DNA of 64,000 bases from assembly GCA_963845145.1 (NCBI GenBank), contig CAWJQU010000001.1:128001-192000 (forward strand). The letters run 5' to 3'. The notes beneath the pieces are model-generated. The model searched no databases, was not told the DNA's origin, and saw only the letters and a list, made by a program, of their open reading frames with translations. The DNA is from an uncultured delta proteobacterium (lineage in GTDB: Bacteria > Desulfobacterota > Desulfobacteria > Desulfobacterales > QNYZ01). Each line of letters begins with the position of its first letter. Positions within the stretch are counted from its first letter, which is position 1. Position numbers and translations under genes: made by a program. Shown here piece after piece: positions 50,100-61,286 of the stretch.

Positions 50100-50482
50100 T
50101 AGCATGGCATTTAAACGCGCCTTTTGGATGCCTGGGCAGGAAACGGATTGGAATGTTGCAATAGATTTTGGAAAAGGGAAAAACCGATGAATACCCTGAT
50201 ATTTCAAAAGAAATCCTAAGGCGCCAGAAATTCTGGAATGAGAAAGACCATTGTTTCTAGTTTCAAAAAGTCTAACCGGCAACTTGTTTTTCTTTTTCCA
50301 CACGGCCTTAATTGGCAAAATAAAGACCTTCACGGATTTCGGATTACAAGAATGTAAGTAAGCGCGCAGATATTGTAAGGCTGGCTTTGCATTATCCGGA
50401 CATAGTAGCAACACCTGGTTACCAAATCAACCGATATCGGCTTATAATCACCGACTATCATTATATTAAGTAAAAATTCTCG

Positions 50483-51394
50483 CTATAGGCCGGTTTCAGC
50501 CATTTTTTCTACGAGTTCGGTTTGTTCCTCGGACAACTCTTTGGGAAGGGAGACAAGAATTTTAATAAAAAGATCGCCCCGGCGTGGTGTATTCATGATG
50601 GGCAGCCCTTGTCCGGCCAGACGCATTTTGGTCTGATGTTTGGTCCCCGCAGGGATTTTAAGGCGTTTTTCAATACCGTCCGGTGTCTTGATGACAATAG
50701 TTGTACCCAGCAAAGCCTCAGTTAGCCGAATCTCCCGGTCTAGATGAAGGTCGTTTTGTATAACGCTAAAACCGGATTCGGGCACAATCTTGGCCTTAAT
50801 AAAAAGGTCTCCCGGCGCGCCCCCATAAGGGCTCGGCTCACCTTTACCGCCCAAACGCAACTTTTTCCCTGTGATGAACCCCTTGGGAATCTTAACGGTT
50901 AAATTTTCGCTCCGACCATTGTGCTTAAAGCTGACGGATTTTTGAGCGCCGCTGATCACTTCCGCCAGCGTAAGCGGGAGTTCATACACCAGATCTTTTC
51001 CCTTAACGTTGGCTTGCGCCGCTCTTCCCTGCCCGAAACCATCAAATGGATTTCCGCCGCCGCCAAAGGTAAAGCGCGTGCCCCCCTGGTTTTTCCCGCC
51101 GAACCCAAACTCTCTGAAAATATCACCAAAATCGAAATTACGAAAAATATCTTCCTGGGAATACCGTTGTTGAAATCCGGCGGACCCAAACGTATCGTAC
51201 TGCTGCCGCTTTTCCTTATCACTCAGGACCGCATAGGCCTCACTGACCTGCTTAAATTTTTCTTCCGCCGATTTGTCACCTTTGGTGTGATCGGGATGAT
51301 ATTTCATGGCAAGTTTACGATACGCTTTTTTAATTTCATTGTCGGTGGCCTTTTTGTCCACCCCTAACACTTTGTAATAATTTGCTTCGGCCAT
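50483..51394 (-). CDS. DnaJ-class chaperone without zinc finger (CbpA-like)
   Basis: J domain with HPD, G/F-rich region, DnaJ_C (GDLF); no CxxCxGxG repeats. Confidence 0.92.
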   Translation of the reverse strand: MAEANYYKVLGVDKKATDNEIKKAYRKLAMKYHPDHTKGDKSAEEKFKQVSEAYAVLSDKEKRQQYDTFGSAGFQQRYSQEDIFRNFDFGDIFREFGFGGKNQGGTRFTFGGGGNPFDGFGQGRAAQANVKGKDLVYELPLTLAEVISGAQKSVSFKHNGRSENLTVKIPKGFITGKKLRLGGKGEPSPYGGAPGDLFIKAKIVPESGFSVIQNDLHLDREIRLTEALLGTTIVIKTPDGIEKRLKIPAGTKHQTKMRLAGQGLPIMNTPRRGDLFIKILVSLPKELSEEQTELVEKMAETGL

Positions 51395-51554
51395 GCGCGC
51401 TTCCCTTCAACAGTTGCGATGTTTAGATACCAGATATTTAGATACCAATTGATTCGATTGGATGACCGTATTCCGAATCATCAATCATAACTATTTAAAA
51501 ATAGTTAAAATATTTGTCATGTCAAGTTCCCTTAAAGTCCGGATAGAAGGCCAT

Positions 51555-53432
51555 CTATCTACCCGAATGTGCCTTTAGGGCCACCATGAGGACCGAGATC
51601 GCAGCCGGCGTAAAGCCATCAACGCGCGAAGCCTGGCCTATTGATCGTGGGCGAACCTCCCCGAGTTTGGTTTTTAACTCATTTGACAGGCCATGCACGC
51701 TCTCAAAATCAAAGGTAGCGGGTATTTTTATTTGCTCCAAGTTTTTATACCGTTCAATCTCCCTTAACTGACGGTCAATATACCCCTCATATTTGATTTC
51801 AATCTGCACTTGGGCTGCTACCCCTGCCGATAACGGGTGGGGTGGTGGTGCCAATGCCTGGACTGCGTCATAATCGAGTCCCGCCCGCTTTAAGATCTGG
51901 CTCAGTCTCATCCCATCATTAATCAACGATGTATTTTGAGATTCAAGGTATCGATTGACCGTTTCGGTGGGCTTTATCACGGTCTTTTTAATCCGGGATA
52001 TTTCGACCGAGATTGTTTTTCGGCGCGTTCGAACCCGATGGGCCATATCGTCACCAATCAACCCCAACTCATGGCCGATTTCTGCCAGCCTCAGATCGGC
52101 ATTGTCTTCCCGTAACATTAAGCGGTACTCCGCCCGGGAAGTAAACATGCGATAAGGTTCCCGCGTCCCCCGTGTCACCAGATCATCAATCATGACCCCC
52201 ATATAGGCCTGGGACCGGTCTAAAATAAACGGCGGCCGTTTCTGAAGCCGGCAGGCCGCGTTGATGCCGGCCCAGATCCCCTGAGCGGCGGCCTCCTCAT
52301 ATCCGGATGTCCCGTTAATCTGCCCGGACAGATAGAGTCCGGAAACGAGCTTGGTTTCCAGTGTGGGCCTTAACTGGATCGGGTTGATATAATCATACTC
52401 GATGGCATAGGCCGGACGCATAATTTCCGCTTGCTCCAACCCTTCGACTGAGCGCACAAGCGGCACCTGTACTTCCATAGGCAAGCTGTTACCCAGGCCA
52501 CTGGCATAAATTTCATCCGTTTCGAGGCCTTCCGGTTCCAGAATGACCTGATGCCGGTTTCGATCCGGAAACCGCACGATTTTATCTTCAAAAGATGGGC
52601 AATACCGGGCGGAAACACCCTTTACCCTACCGCTGTAAAGTGCGGAACGATCCAGGTTCGCGGCCACAATCCGATGAGCACCGGGGTTGGTATAGCCGAT
52701 GTAGCTGGGCAATTGCGGCAGGTCTATTTTATCGGAAAAAATGGAAAACGGGCGCGGGTTGTCGCTGGGTTCCTGAATGGTAAATTTGGAAAAATCGATA
52801 CTATTTTTTTTCAGCCTGGGCGGTGTGCCGGTTTTCATGCGACCAAGCTTAAACCCAATCTGCTTCATCTGGGCAGCCAGGCCATAGGCGGCGAACTCCC
52901 CGGCCCGGCCGGCTTTGAAAGAGTGATGCCCAATATGCACCAGCCCACTTAAAAAAGTACCGGTGGCCAGAATCACCGCCCGGGCTTGATAACCGAATCC
53001 GGTCTGATCGATGACGCCCTGTACTTGACCATCCTCGATAACCAGCGCCTCCACAAGGGCCTGTTTTAGATCAAGGTTGGGTTGTTTTTCCACGACCGCC
53101 TTCATGACGGCATGATACCTGTTTTTGTCGTTCTGGGTCCGGGAAGAGTGGACGGCCGGCCCCTTTTTGGTGTTGAGAAGCCGATACGCAATGGCGGTTT
53201 GATCGGTAACCCGAGCCATCTGTCCCCCCAAAGCATCCACCTCACGTACCAGTTGCCCTTTCGCCATCCCGCCGATGGACGGGCTGCAAGGCATGGCCGC
53301 TACTTTGTCCAGATCAATGGCAAACAGCAGGACCGCATGCCCCATACGCGCAGCGGCGAGGGCAGCTTCACAGCCTGCATGGCCGGCACCGACAACAATA
53401 ATGTCGTATCGGTTTGAATAAAAAGTGGTCAT
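51555..53432 (-). CDS. mnmG: tRNA uridine-5-carboxymethylaminomethyl(34) synthesis enzyme
   Basis: [65 protein letters not shown]. Confidence 0.97.
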   Translation of the reverse strand: MTTFYSNRYDIIVVGAGHAGCEAALAAARMGHAVLLFAIDLDKVAAMPCSPSIGGMAKGQLVREVDALGGQMARVTDQTAIAYRLLNTKKGPAVHSSRTQNDKNRYHAVMKAVVEKQPNLDLKQALVEALVIEDGQVQGVIDQTGFGYQARAVILATGTFLSGLVHIGHHSFKAGRAGEFAAYGLAAQMKQIGFKLGRMKTGTPPRLKKNSIDFSKFTIQEPSDNPRPFSIFSDKIDLPQLPSYIGYTNPGAHRIVAANLDRSALYSGRVKGVSARYCPSFEDKIVRFPDRNRHQVILEPEGLETDEIYASGLGNSLPMEVQVPLVRSVEGLEQAEIMRPAYAIEYDYINPIQLRPTLETKLVSGLYLSGQINGTSGYEEAAAQGIWAGINAACRLQKRPPFILDRSQAYMGVMIDDLVTRGTREPYRMFTSRAEYRLMLREDNADLRLAEIGHELGLIGDDMAHRVRTRRKTISVEISRIKKTVIKPTETVNRYLESQNTSLINDGMRLSQILKRAGLDYDAVQALAPPPHPLSAGVAAQVQIEIKYEGYIDRQLREIERYKNLEQIKIPATFDFESVHGLSNELKTKLGEVRPRSIGQASRVDGFTPAAISVLMVALKAHSGR

Positions 53433-53520
53433 GGTTTAAACTGACTCTCTCTTGAAAAAGGCAAATTTGTCATAACGGGTAGATATTATTACCGCCAACC
53501 CACAAGGTCAAGCATCACCC

Positions 53521-54447
53521 ATGAACCATGACCAGCGTTATTTCGATATGAAGACCTATTACCACCGACGGTTCGGTGGCCGCGTGCAGAAACTTTCCGT
53601 GGATGCCGGTTTGGGCTGCCCCAACCGGGATGGGACCATTGGCCGGGGCGGCTGCATTTTTTGTAATCCCAGAGGATCGGGCACTGGTGCCCATGCCAAG
53701 GGGATGTCCATTGAGAAACAGATTGAATCCGGCAAGGCCTATTTAACCAAACGCTATGGCGCTAAAAAATTTATCGTTTATTTTCAATCTTTTACCAACA
53801 CCTATGCCCCGGTTGATGTCTTGGCCGGCTTATACGACGACGCCTTAAGAGACCCCGCGATCGTGGGGATCGCCATCGGCACCCGTCCCGATTGTGTGGA
53901 TGAAGCGGTTTTGGATTTGTTGGCGTCCTATGCCCGCCACCGCATGGTGTGGATCGAATACGGTCTGCAGAGTATGCATGACGAAACCCTAAACCGCATC
54001 CACCGCGGCCATAATTTTCAAAGCTTTGCCAATGCCGTAAACAATACCCGTGGACGGGGTATCCTTATTTGTGCCCACATGATCCTCGGGTTGCCAGGTG
54101 AAAATCGGGACCACATGCTTCAAACCGCCCGCATGTTGGCATCCATGGGTATCGATGGGGTCAAACTGCATCTCCTCTACGTTGTTCGCGGCACCCCGCT
54201 TGAAAAACAGTATCAGCAGGGACGTTATTCCTGCCTGACCCAAACAGAGTATGTATCGCTGGTTTGTGATGTTTTGGCGCAATTGCCGCCCGACATGGTG
54301 ATCCACCGCCTTACCGGTGATCCCCATAAGCGGGAACTTGTCGCTCCCGCATGGTCGTTAAAAAAAAACCAGACAATCGATATGATAAAAGAGGCCATGC
54401 GCCGGCAAAACCTTCGGCAAGGCAGCCAGTTTAATCAAAACGCATGA
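53521..54447 (+). CDS. radical SAM protein, TIGR01212/YhcC family
   Basis: CPNRDGTIGRGGCIFC, YFQSFTNTY, GTRPDC, EYGLQS, GVKLHLL, HRLTGD. Confidence 0.92.
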   Translation: MNHDQRYFDMKTYYHRRFGGRVQKLSVDAGLGCPNRDGTIGRGGCIFCNPRGSGTGAHAKGMSIEKQIESGKAYLTKRYGAKKFIVYFQSFTNTYAPVDVLAGLYDDALRDPAIVGIAIGTRPDCVDEAVLDLLASYARHRMVWIEYGLQSMHDETLNRIHRGHNFQSFANAVNNTRGRGILICAHMILGLPGENRDHMLQTARMLASMGIDGVKLHLLYVVRGTPLEKQYQQGRYSCLTQTEYVSLVCDVLAQLPPDMVIHRLTGDPHKRELVAPAWSLKKNQTIDMIKEAMRRQNLRQGSQFNQNA

Positions 54448-54545
54448 GCTAAAGCCCCGTAAGCCCTTGATTAAGCGAGCACAGATCGGTTGAATTTTAT
54501 CCGGCTTTCTCCTATAAGCGATTAAAGCCACTCCAAGAGGACACC

Positions 54546-57525
54546 ATGACACTTAAAAAAAGTAACCCGGGCGATAATGTTGACCTTTCCTTTAAGGTCT
54601 TTCATGAATTAATGGCCAAAAAAGTCAGCGATATACTGCTTCTTTCCAGCCCGTATGATGCCTTTATTTTAGAAGAAGAGGGCCGGTTGGCGGAACGGAT
54701 CATCAAGGAATACCGTGGTCTGAACCTTTCCCGCCCCCCGCGATTGACCTGGGTGTCAACGACCAGTGAAGCCTTTTCACGCTTGAATGAAAAAACATTT
54801 GATTTTGTCATCACCACCCCTCGGGTCGATGGCATGGAACCGCATACTTTTGCCCGCCAGTGTAAAAAGAAGTATCCGGATCTTCCCCTCTTTTTGTTGA
54901 CCCGTAATCATGCTGAGATCGTCCAGGGGTCAGGAAGACGGTACGACTGAGGCTTATGACCGGACCCTGTTCTGGAATGGCAATGCCGATTTGTTGCTGG
55001 CGCAGGTAAAAAACCTGGAGGACCGCTGGAACATTGCGCGTGACACCGAACTGGCGCGCGTGCGCGTCATCATCATGGTCGAAGACTCGCCTTATTATTA
55101 CTCATCCGTGCTACCGCTGCTTTACAAAGAGATCGTCATCCAGACCCAGGCGGTCATGGAAGACGCCCTAAACGAGGAGCACCGCTTACTGCGTATGCGG
55201 GCCCGTCCGAAAATCCTGTCGGCCTCCTCCTATGACGAAGCCGTTGACCTGTATCACCAATACAAGCCTTACCTTCTCAGCGTGCTGTCCGATGCCCGGT
55301 TTCCCAAAAAGGGGGAGGTCTGCGCCCAAGCCGGTGTTGAGCTTTTGTCGATGATTAAAAAAGATTCGCCGGATGTCCAGCTGTTGATGTTTTCATCGGA
55401 GGAAGAAAACCGGGAAAAGGCCGAATCCATCCCGGCCATGTTCGTGAATAAAAACAGTCCGGCCCTGCACTCCCACATTCGCTCATTTTTCGTTAAATTT
55501 CTCGGTTTCGGCGAGTTTATATTTCGCATGCCCGACGGCCGCGAGGTGGGGCGTGCTTCGAATTTACGGAGCATGGAAAAAATTCTGCCTTCTATTCCCG
55601 AAGATTCATTGGTTTACCACGCCAAGCACAACCATTTTTCAACCTGGCTCATGGCCCGGGCCGAGATCGTGATGGCCAAAAAACTCAGACCTTACAAAAC
55701 CGCAGACTTTTCAAGCATCTCGGATATTAGAAATTTCCTGGTGTCCTGTTTCCATGAACGCCGCAAGGGGCGCCAGCGGGGCATCATTACCGACTTTGAC
55801 TTGAACGATTACGATCCCGATGTCGATTTCGTAAAAATCGGACGGGGCTCTTTAGGTGGTAAAGCCCGGGGCCTTGCGTTTCTGGCCATGATGCTGAAGG
55901 AATCCGAAGAGCTAAATAAAAAATTTCCCGATGTGAATATCATTGTGCCGGAAACGATGGTCGTCTCCACCGAAGGATTCGATGCATTCATGGCTGAAAG
56001 CCGGCTGGATGAATTCACCGAAAGCGATCCCAGCGATGAAGACACCTGCGCAATGTTTATTGAAAAACGTTTTCCCGATTGGCTGTATCGTGACCTTCGA
56101 AAATACCTCGAACACAAGACCTTTCCCTTGGCGGTGCGGTCATCCAGTCTGCTTGAGGATGCCTATTTTCATCCTTTTGCAGGTATTTATCGGACCTATA
56201 TGATTCCCAATAACGACCCGTCACTGGATACCCGCACCGACCAATTGATTCAAGCGATCAAATGCGTCTATGCCTCGACGTTTTTGAAGGATTCACGGTC
56301 ATTTGCGCGTAACACGCTGCACAGAACCGAAGAAGAAAAAATGGCCGTGGTGATCCAGCGCTTAATGGGCACCGAGCACGCCGGTTATTTTTATCCGTCC
56401 CTTTCCGGTGTGGCCAAATCATTTAATTTTTATCCGATCGCACCAATGACCGCCGAGGACGGGATCGCACACATCGCCCTGGGACTGGGCAAAACCGTCG
56501 TGGAAGGGCTGGATGTGCTTCGCTTCTGCCCCAAATACCCTGAACTATTGCCCCAATTTTCCACGGTGGATGACATGCTGAAAAATGCCCAGCGGTATGC
56601 CTACGCCTTATCCATGAATGGGTTTCCGGATGATTTTGCCAAGGCGGATGACGCCACTCTGGCCCGGCTGGCCATCGATGACATGGCCGATCATCCGGCC
56701 GTACGGTATCTGGCCAGTACCTATCACCCTCAGGATAATCGCATTCGCGATGCCTGGCATCCGGATGGCTATCCGGTAATGACCTTTGCGCGAATTCTGA
56801 AGCACAAGGCCTTCCCATTACCTGAAATTCTGTCTGAAATCCTTGAAATCGGACGGAAAGGGTTGGGCGAACATGTCGAGATCGAATTTTGCGCCCATCT
56901 GCATGCCGATAAAAACCGGAAAACGGATTTCAGCCTGGTTCAGATTCGGCCGCTGGCGGTCCGGTTGAAAAATGATGGGGTTCGTATTGAAAAAGAAGAG
57001 ATCGACCGGGCGGTGATTTATTCAAGTCAGGCTCTGGGAACCAGTCGATCCGATCCAATCAGCGATATCGTTTATGTTAAGCCGGATGATTTCGATCCGG
57101 CCCGAACCGTCGAAATGGTCAATGAAGTGGGCGCCATCAATGGCAAACTGGAGAAAGCCGGGCGCAAATATCTACTCATCGGTCCCGGACGCTGGGGATC
57201 GGCGGATCGCTGGCTGGGAATTCCCGTCACCTGGCGCCATATTGCCGGGGTCGATACCATCGTGGAAACATCGGTGAAAAACCTCCATGCCGACCCGTCA
57301 CAGGGGTCCCATTTTTTCCACAATATTACCTCTCTCGGAATTGGGTACATAACCGTCAGGCCGGAAGCGGGCGATTTTATCAACTGGGAATGGCTGGACC
57401 ATCTGCCCATAATTGAAGAGAGTGATCATGTGCGGCATGTCGCTCTCGACCATCCAGTCATTCTCAAAATTGACGGCCGTAGCGGACAGGCCATCATCGT
57501 TTCTGAAAGTCAATCGAATGCCTAA
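54546..57525 (+). CDS. receiver-like domains + PEP-synthase/PPDK nucleotide-binding domain protein, frameshifted near 54920-54935 (ORFs 54546..54950 and 54910..57525)
   Basis: ILLLSSPYDAFILEEEG; IIMVEDS; GSLGGKARGLAF; PLAVRSSSLLED..FAGIY.T; EKMAVVIQ; GLGKTVV; GPGRWGSAD.WLG; SQGSHFFHN. Confidence 0.82.
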
Positions 57526-58189
57526 AAAAAACGGCCTGCTAACACAGCTGAAAACCAAGTACCGCCGCCCGCTGACGCTGACCGGTCGCTACTACCGGAT
57601 CGCCCGCCGGATGTTGTTGAATACGGCCGACATTTTAAATGCCGGAGAAATCAATTACTTTCTCGATGCCGGGGCCTTATTGGGGCTTGTACGCGACGGT
57701 GACCTGATTCCCTGGGATGACGACCTCGATATGTCCATGCCGGTGACGGAATTACCCAAATTCAGAAAACGATACAACCAGCTGCGCATACGCGGTTGGC
57801 GAGTCACTGAAGATTCGGTAATGCCTGCCGATGGGCCGGCGTGGAAAAGGGGAGATCCCCGGTCAATCAAAATTCGCAACCGCAATGCCCTCTTCTTTGG
57901 ACGGGGCCGTATCGTCATGGACATGACCTTGACCTATCCTAAAGGCGATTACTACTGGCGGGGTGCCATGGGAAAAATCTGGCGAATTCCACGACATTTT
58001 TACGACCGCCATGCCCATATCCAATTTGGCGGCAAACCGATTCGCATACCCTACCAGGTAGAGGATTACCTGAAATTTTTGTACGGCGATTGGCAGGTGC
58101 CTAACAAGGATCATGATCCAATCAAAAACGACGGCAGCCTCTATGACGACTTGGATCAACCGCTAAAAAACCAGCCGAATAAGCCCTGA
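57518..58189 (+). CDS. LicD family nucleotidyltransferase-fold phosphotransferase
   Basis: YFLDAGALLGLVRDGDLIPWDDDLD; P...EDYLKFLYGDWQVP. Confidence 0.88.
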   Translation: MPKKNGLLTQLKTKYRRPLTLTGRYYRIARRMLLNTADILNAGEINYFLDAGALLGLVRDGDLIPWDDDLDMSMPVTELPKFRKRYNQLRIRGWRVTEDSVMPADGPAWKRGDPRSIKIRNRNALFFGRGRIVMDMTLTYPKGDYYWRGAMGKIWRIPRHFYDRHAHIQFGGKPIRIPYQVEDYLKFLYGDWQVPNKDHDPIKNDGSLYDDLDQPLKNQPNKP

Positions 58190-59265
58190 TGATCTATTTC
58201 GATACCCTCCATCTATACTACCTCACCCAATACCTGCCGGTTTTCAGGGAATTGGAAAAGCGGGGCCTGAAGGCGATTTTTGTCTTTTACCGCAACCCAA
58301 AAACCGAATCGATGGTAAAAGACGTCATCGCCCATGAGGCGTTGCCGTCGCTCTGGGTTGATTCCCTCGAACAGGCCAAAGCCCTTTACCAAAAAAAGCA
58401 GCCTGCCTGGTTGATCTTCGGAAACGGTTTCGCACCGCTGGATGAGCTGCCCAAAGCCGTAAAAACAGCCCAACTCTACCACGGGATCGGCATGAAAAGC
58501 GATGTCTATCAACCTGCCCTGATGATGATGGATATTCGCTTTATCGAGGGCCCCCATTACACCGAAGCACTCACACGGCTTTTTCCCGGCCGCCCGATGC
58601 TTGAGGTGGGTTATGCGAAACTCGACCCCCTGTTCGGGCCGATAGCGCGACGCCCCGTTCTCGATCTGGCGAGGATCGGGCTTTCGACTCAAAAACCCAC
58701 CCTTTTATATGCGCCGACCTTCTACCCCAGTTCGATTGAACGGATGCCCGACGATCTGCCCGATCATTTCAAAGACGCCAATCTGGTCATCAAGCCACAC
58801 ATGTTTTCCTATAGCAAGGCGCGCTACAAAAACCAGCGGAAAAAACTGACCGTCTGGTCGCAGTTTGACAATTGTTTTACGGCAGACCCTTTATTATTTA
58901 ATCTGCTGCCTTTTATGAACACGGCCGACCTCATGATCAGCGATGCTTCATCGGCCCTGTTCGAATTCGCAGCTCTGAATAAACCCGTTATCTGGTGTGA
59001 TTTTTTAAAGTTACGCTGGACATACCGCGGTATTTTTCGGTATCGTTTGAACCGGCGCATGGATCAAAGCATTCTCCAATACGCCGATATCGGCCGCCAT
59101 GCCTCGAGCTTTGATTCCCTGAAAAAGGCCGTCTGGAGCCAATTGGAAAAACCTGATCAATTTGAAAAGAACAGACGGACGTATACTTCGCGGTTAATCG
59201 GTAAAACGGACGGCCAGGTCTCCAAACGTATCGTTGATTACCTTGTCGACGACCCAACGACTTGA
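58189..59265 (+). CDS. CDP-glycerol glycerophosphotransferase (TagB/TagF)-like protein
   Basis: QLYHGIG, GYAKLDP, LLYAPTF, IKPH, ADLMISDASS..FEF. Confidence 0.85.
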   Translation: MIYFDTLHLYYLTQYLPVFRELEKRGLKAIFVFYRNPKTESMVKDVIAHEALPSLWVDSLEQAKALYQKKQPAWLIFGNGFAPLDELPKAVKTAQLYHGIGMKSDVYQPALMMMDIRFIEGPHYTEALTRLFPGRPMLEVGYAKLDPLFGPIARRPVLDLARIGLSTQKPTLLYAPTFYPSSIERMPDDLPDHFKDANLVIKPHMFSYSKARYKNQRKKLTVWSQFDNCFTADPLLFNLLPFMNTADLMISDASSALFEFAALNKPVIWCDFLKLRWTYRGIFRYRLNRRMDQSILQYADIGRHASSFDSLKKAVWSQLEKPDQFEKNRRTYTSRLIGKTDGQVSKRIVDYLVDDPTT

Positions 59266-60119
59266 TTGAAAAAATGCCCCATGGGGCTACTCACAGGGCC
59301 AATTCAGCCATGCCAAATCCCAACTCAAAACAGTCGCTATCGGTTATCATCATCGCCCAGGACGAGGGGGACCGAATCGAGGCGTGTCTTGCCTCACTAA
59401 AATCTATCGCTGACGAAATCATCGTCCTCGATAGCGGTAGCTCCGATGATACGGTTACCGTCGCCCGTCGATACACGTCGCAGGTCCATGAAACCGACTG
59501 GCCGGGATACGGGCCGCAAAAGCAGCGAGCGCTCTCTATGGCTACCGGGGATTGGGTTCTCTCCATCGATGCCGATGAAGCGCTGACTCCGGAATTAAAA
59601 GAAGAGATTCATGCCTTACTGCAAACCGCCCCTAAAGACATCGCCTACCGCCTTCCCTGGGCGGTAACCGTTTTTGGTAAGCGGTTGGATTATGGCCGCA
59701 GCGCGCGTGCGCCTTTGCGGCTTTTTCGCCGCATGGGCGCCCGTTTCAGTGACGATCAGGTTCATGAAAAGGTCATTCTGCCGACGGGTTCAATTGGAAA
59801 GTTGAGCGGCCGTCTGCTTCATTATACCCATCGTGATTTCGGCCATTACCTCAATAAAAACGCCAAATATGCCTGGCTGGGATCCCAGAAACGCTACCGG
59901 GCGGGAAAAACGGGCTACGGCCTCACCGGAGCCGCGCTACGATCGCTATGGGTCTTTTTTCAAATTTACGTGATTCGAAGAGGTTTTCTGGATGGGCGAA
60001 TCGGTTTTCTGGTGGCCGTTCTCTACAGTCAGGGAGCCTTTAACAAATATGCCGGGCTGTGGACATTACGTCGTCAAAAACAATCGGCATCAAAACCCAG
60101 CAAAATTAAGCCTTCCTGA
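59262..60119 (+). CDS. glycosyltransferase family 2 (WaaE/KdtX-like LPS core)
   Basis: LSVIII, DSGSSDDT, W.GYG.QK, WVLSIDADE, VHE, GFLDG..G. Confidence 0.9.
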   Translation: MIEKMPHGATHRANSAMPNPNSKQSLSVIIIAQDEGDRIEACLASLKSIADEIIVLDSGSSDDTVTVARRYTSQVHETDWPGYGPQKQRALSMATGDWVLSIDADEALTPELKEEIHALLQTAPKDIAYRLPWAVTVFGKRLDYGRSARAPLRLFRRMGARFSDDQVHEKVILPTGSIGKLSGRLLHYTHRDFGHYLNKNAKYAWLGSQKRYRAGKTGYGLTGAALRSLWVFFQIYVIRRGFLDGRIGFLVAVLYSQGAFNKYAGLWTLRRQKQSASKPSKIKPS

Positions 60120-60122
60120 CCC

Positions 60123-61154
60123 ATGCGAACCTATCTCTTATTTGCCAGCCAGCTCTACGCTTTTTCGATTTTACGCCCGCTGCAAAAAGCGATTTTAGCG
60201 CGGGGGGATGAGGTGGCCTGGTTTCTCCTCGGCCCTTGGCAATCGTACATCAAATCCGATGAACGGCTCCTCGAAACGGTTCGGGCGGTGAAACAATTCA
60301 ACCCTGCGGCCGTGTTCGTGGCCGGCAATATCGTTCCTGATTTTTTCCCCGGCGTCAAAGTGGAAGTGTTCCATGGTTTTAACGCCCGCAAACGGAAAAA
60401 AACCATAGGGCATTATCGCATTCGCGGATTTTTTGACCTCTATTGCACCCAAGGACCGGATACGACGCATCATTTTCAGGAATTGGCCCGCGACCAACGC
60501 TTTTTTGAGGTCGTTGAAACCGGGTGGCCAAAAATGGACCCGCTCTTTAACGCACACCCTCTTGAAAAAAAGAGCGGCCGCACTGTGGTTCTCTTTGCAT
60601 CGACATTTACGCCCCGACTCAGTGCGGCCAAACCGTTATGGGAAACCATTCGGCAATTGTCCGCCACGGGCCGATGGCAATGGCTTGTCAATCTGCATCC
60701 AAAAATGGACCGGTCGGTTGTGGCGCAATACGCGACCATTCAATCTGAACACTTAACGCTGGCCGAAACCGATGACACCATTCCTCTGCTTCAGGCAGCG
60801 GATGTTATCGTTTCCGACACCTCATCGATCATCGACGAATTTTGTCTGCAGCAAAAACCGGCGGTGACCTTTCGGCACCGCCTTCCCCGGCCCCACTTGG
60901 TCAATATTACCGATCCGGTCGACCTGGTCCCGGCCATCGAAAAGGCGCTAACGCGCCCCCAGCAACTCATGGAGGCGATTCGCGACTATACCGATCATAT
61001 CCACCCTTACCGGGATGGTCGTTCCAGTTACCGGGTACTGGCTGCTGCTGATCAATTGATCGAGAAAGGAACCGGACACTTCGCCGGCAAACCGCTTAAT
61101 TTAATACGCCGGTTAAAGATTCGAAATGAAATGGGATATTACCACTGGTATTGA
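60123..61154 (+). CDS. CDP-glycerol glycerophosphotransferase (TagB/TagF)-like protein
   Basis: EVFHGF, TGWPKMDPLF, FASTF, LHPKM, ADVIVSDTSSI.EF, DGRSS.RVL. Confidence 0.85.
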   Translation: MRTYLLFASQLYAFSILRPLQKAILARGDEVAWFLLGPWQSYIKSDERLLETVRAVKQFNPAAVFVAGNIVPDFFPGVKVEVFHGFNARKRKKTIGHYRIRGFFDLYCTQGPDTTHHFQELARDQRFFEVVETGWPKMDPLFNAHPLEKKSGRTVVLFASTFTPRLSAAKPLWETIRQLSATGRWQWLVNLHPKMDRSVVAQYATIQSEHLTLAETDDTIPLLQAADVIVSDTSSIIDEFCLQQKPAVTFRHRLPRPHLVNITDPVDLVPAIEKALTRPQQLMEAIRDYTDHIHPYRDGRSSYRVLAAADQLIEKGTGHFAGKPLNLIRRLKIRNEMGYYHWY

Positions 61155-61197
61155 TATAAGAACCTGTAATCAAAAAATAATGGCGTAAGCGTTAATC

Positions 61198-61286
61198 GAA
61201 TAACGAATGTCGAACAATGAATATTGAATTACGAAGGAGAGGGCAAACTTCGATATTCGATATTCCTTGTTCATTATTCAATATTC
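61198..61286. repeat. inverted pair of 7-nt periodic (GAAnnnn) repeat tracts
   Basis: GAATAAC GAATGTC GAACAAT GAATATT GAATTAC GAAG ... CTTC GATATTC GATATTC CTTGTTC ATTATTC AATATTC. Confidence 0.7.

Noticed and set aside
50022..50414. 130-aa ORF upstream of the zinc-ribbon gene
   Set aside because: No motif or RBS, and it spans the sigma54 promoter; more likely regulatory DNA
51421..51450. CIRCE element upstream of the dnaJ-like gene
   Set aside because: TTTAGATACCA occurs as a direct repeat, not as the TTAGCACTC-N9-GAGTGCTAA inverted repeat
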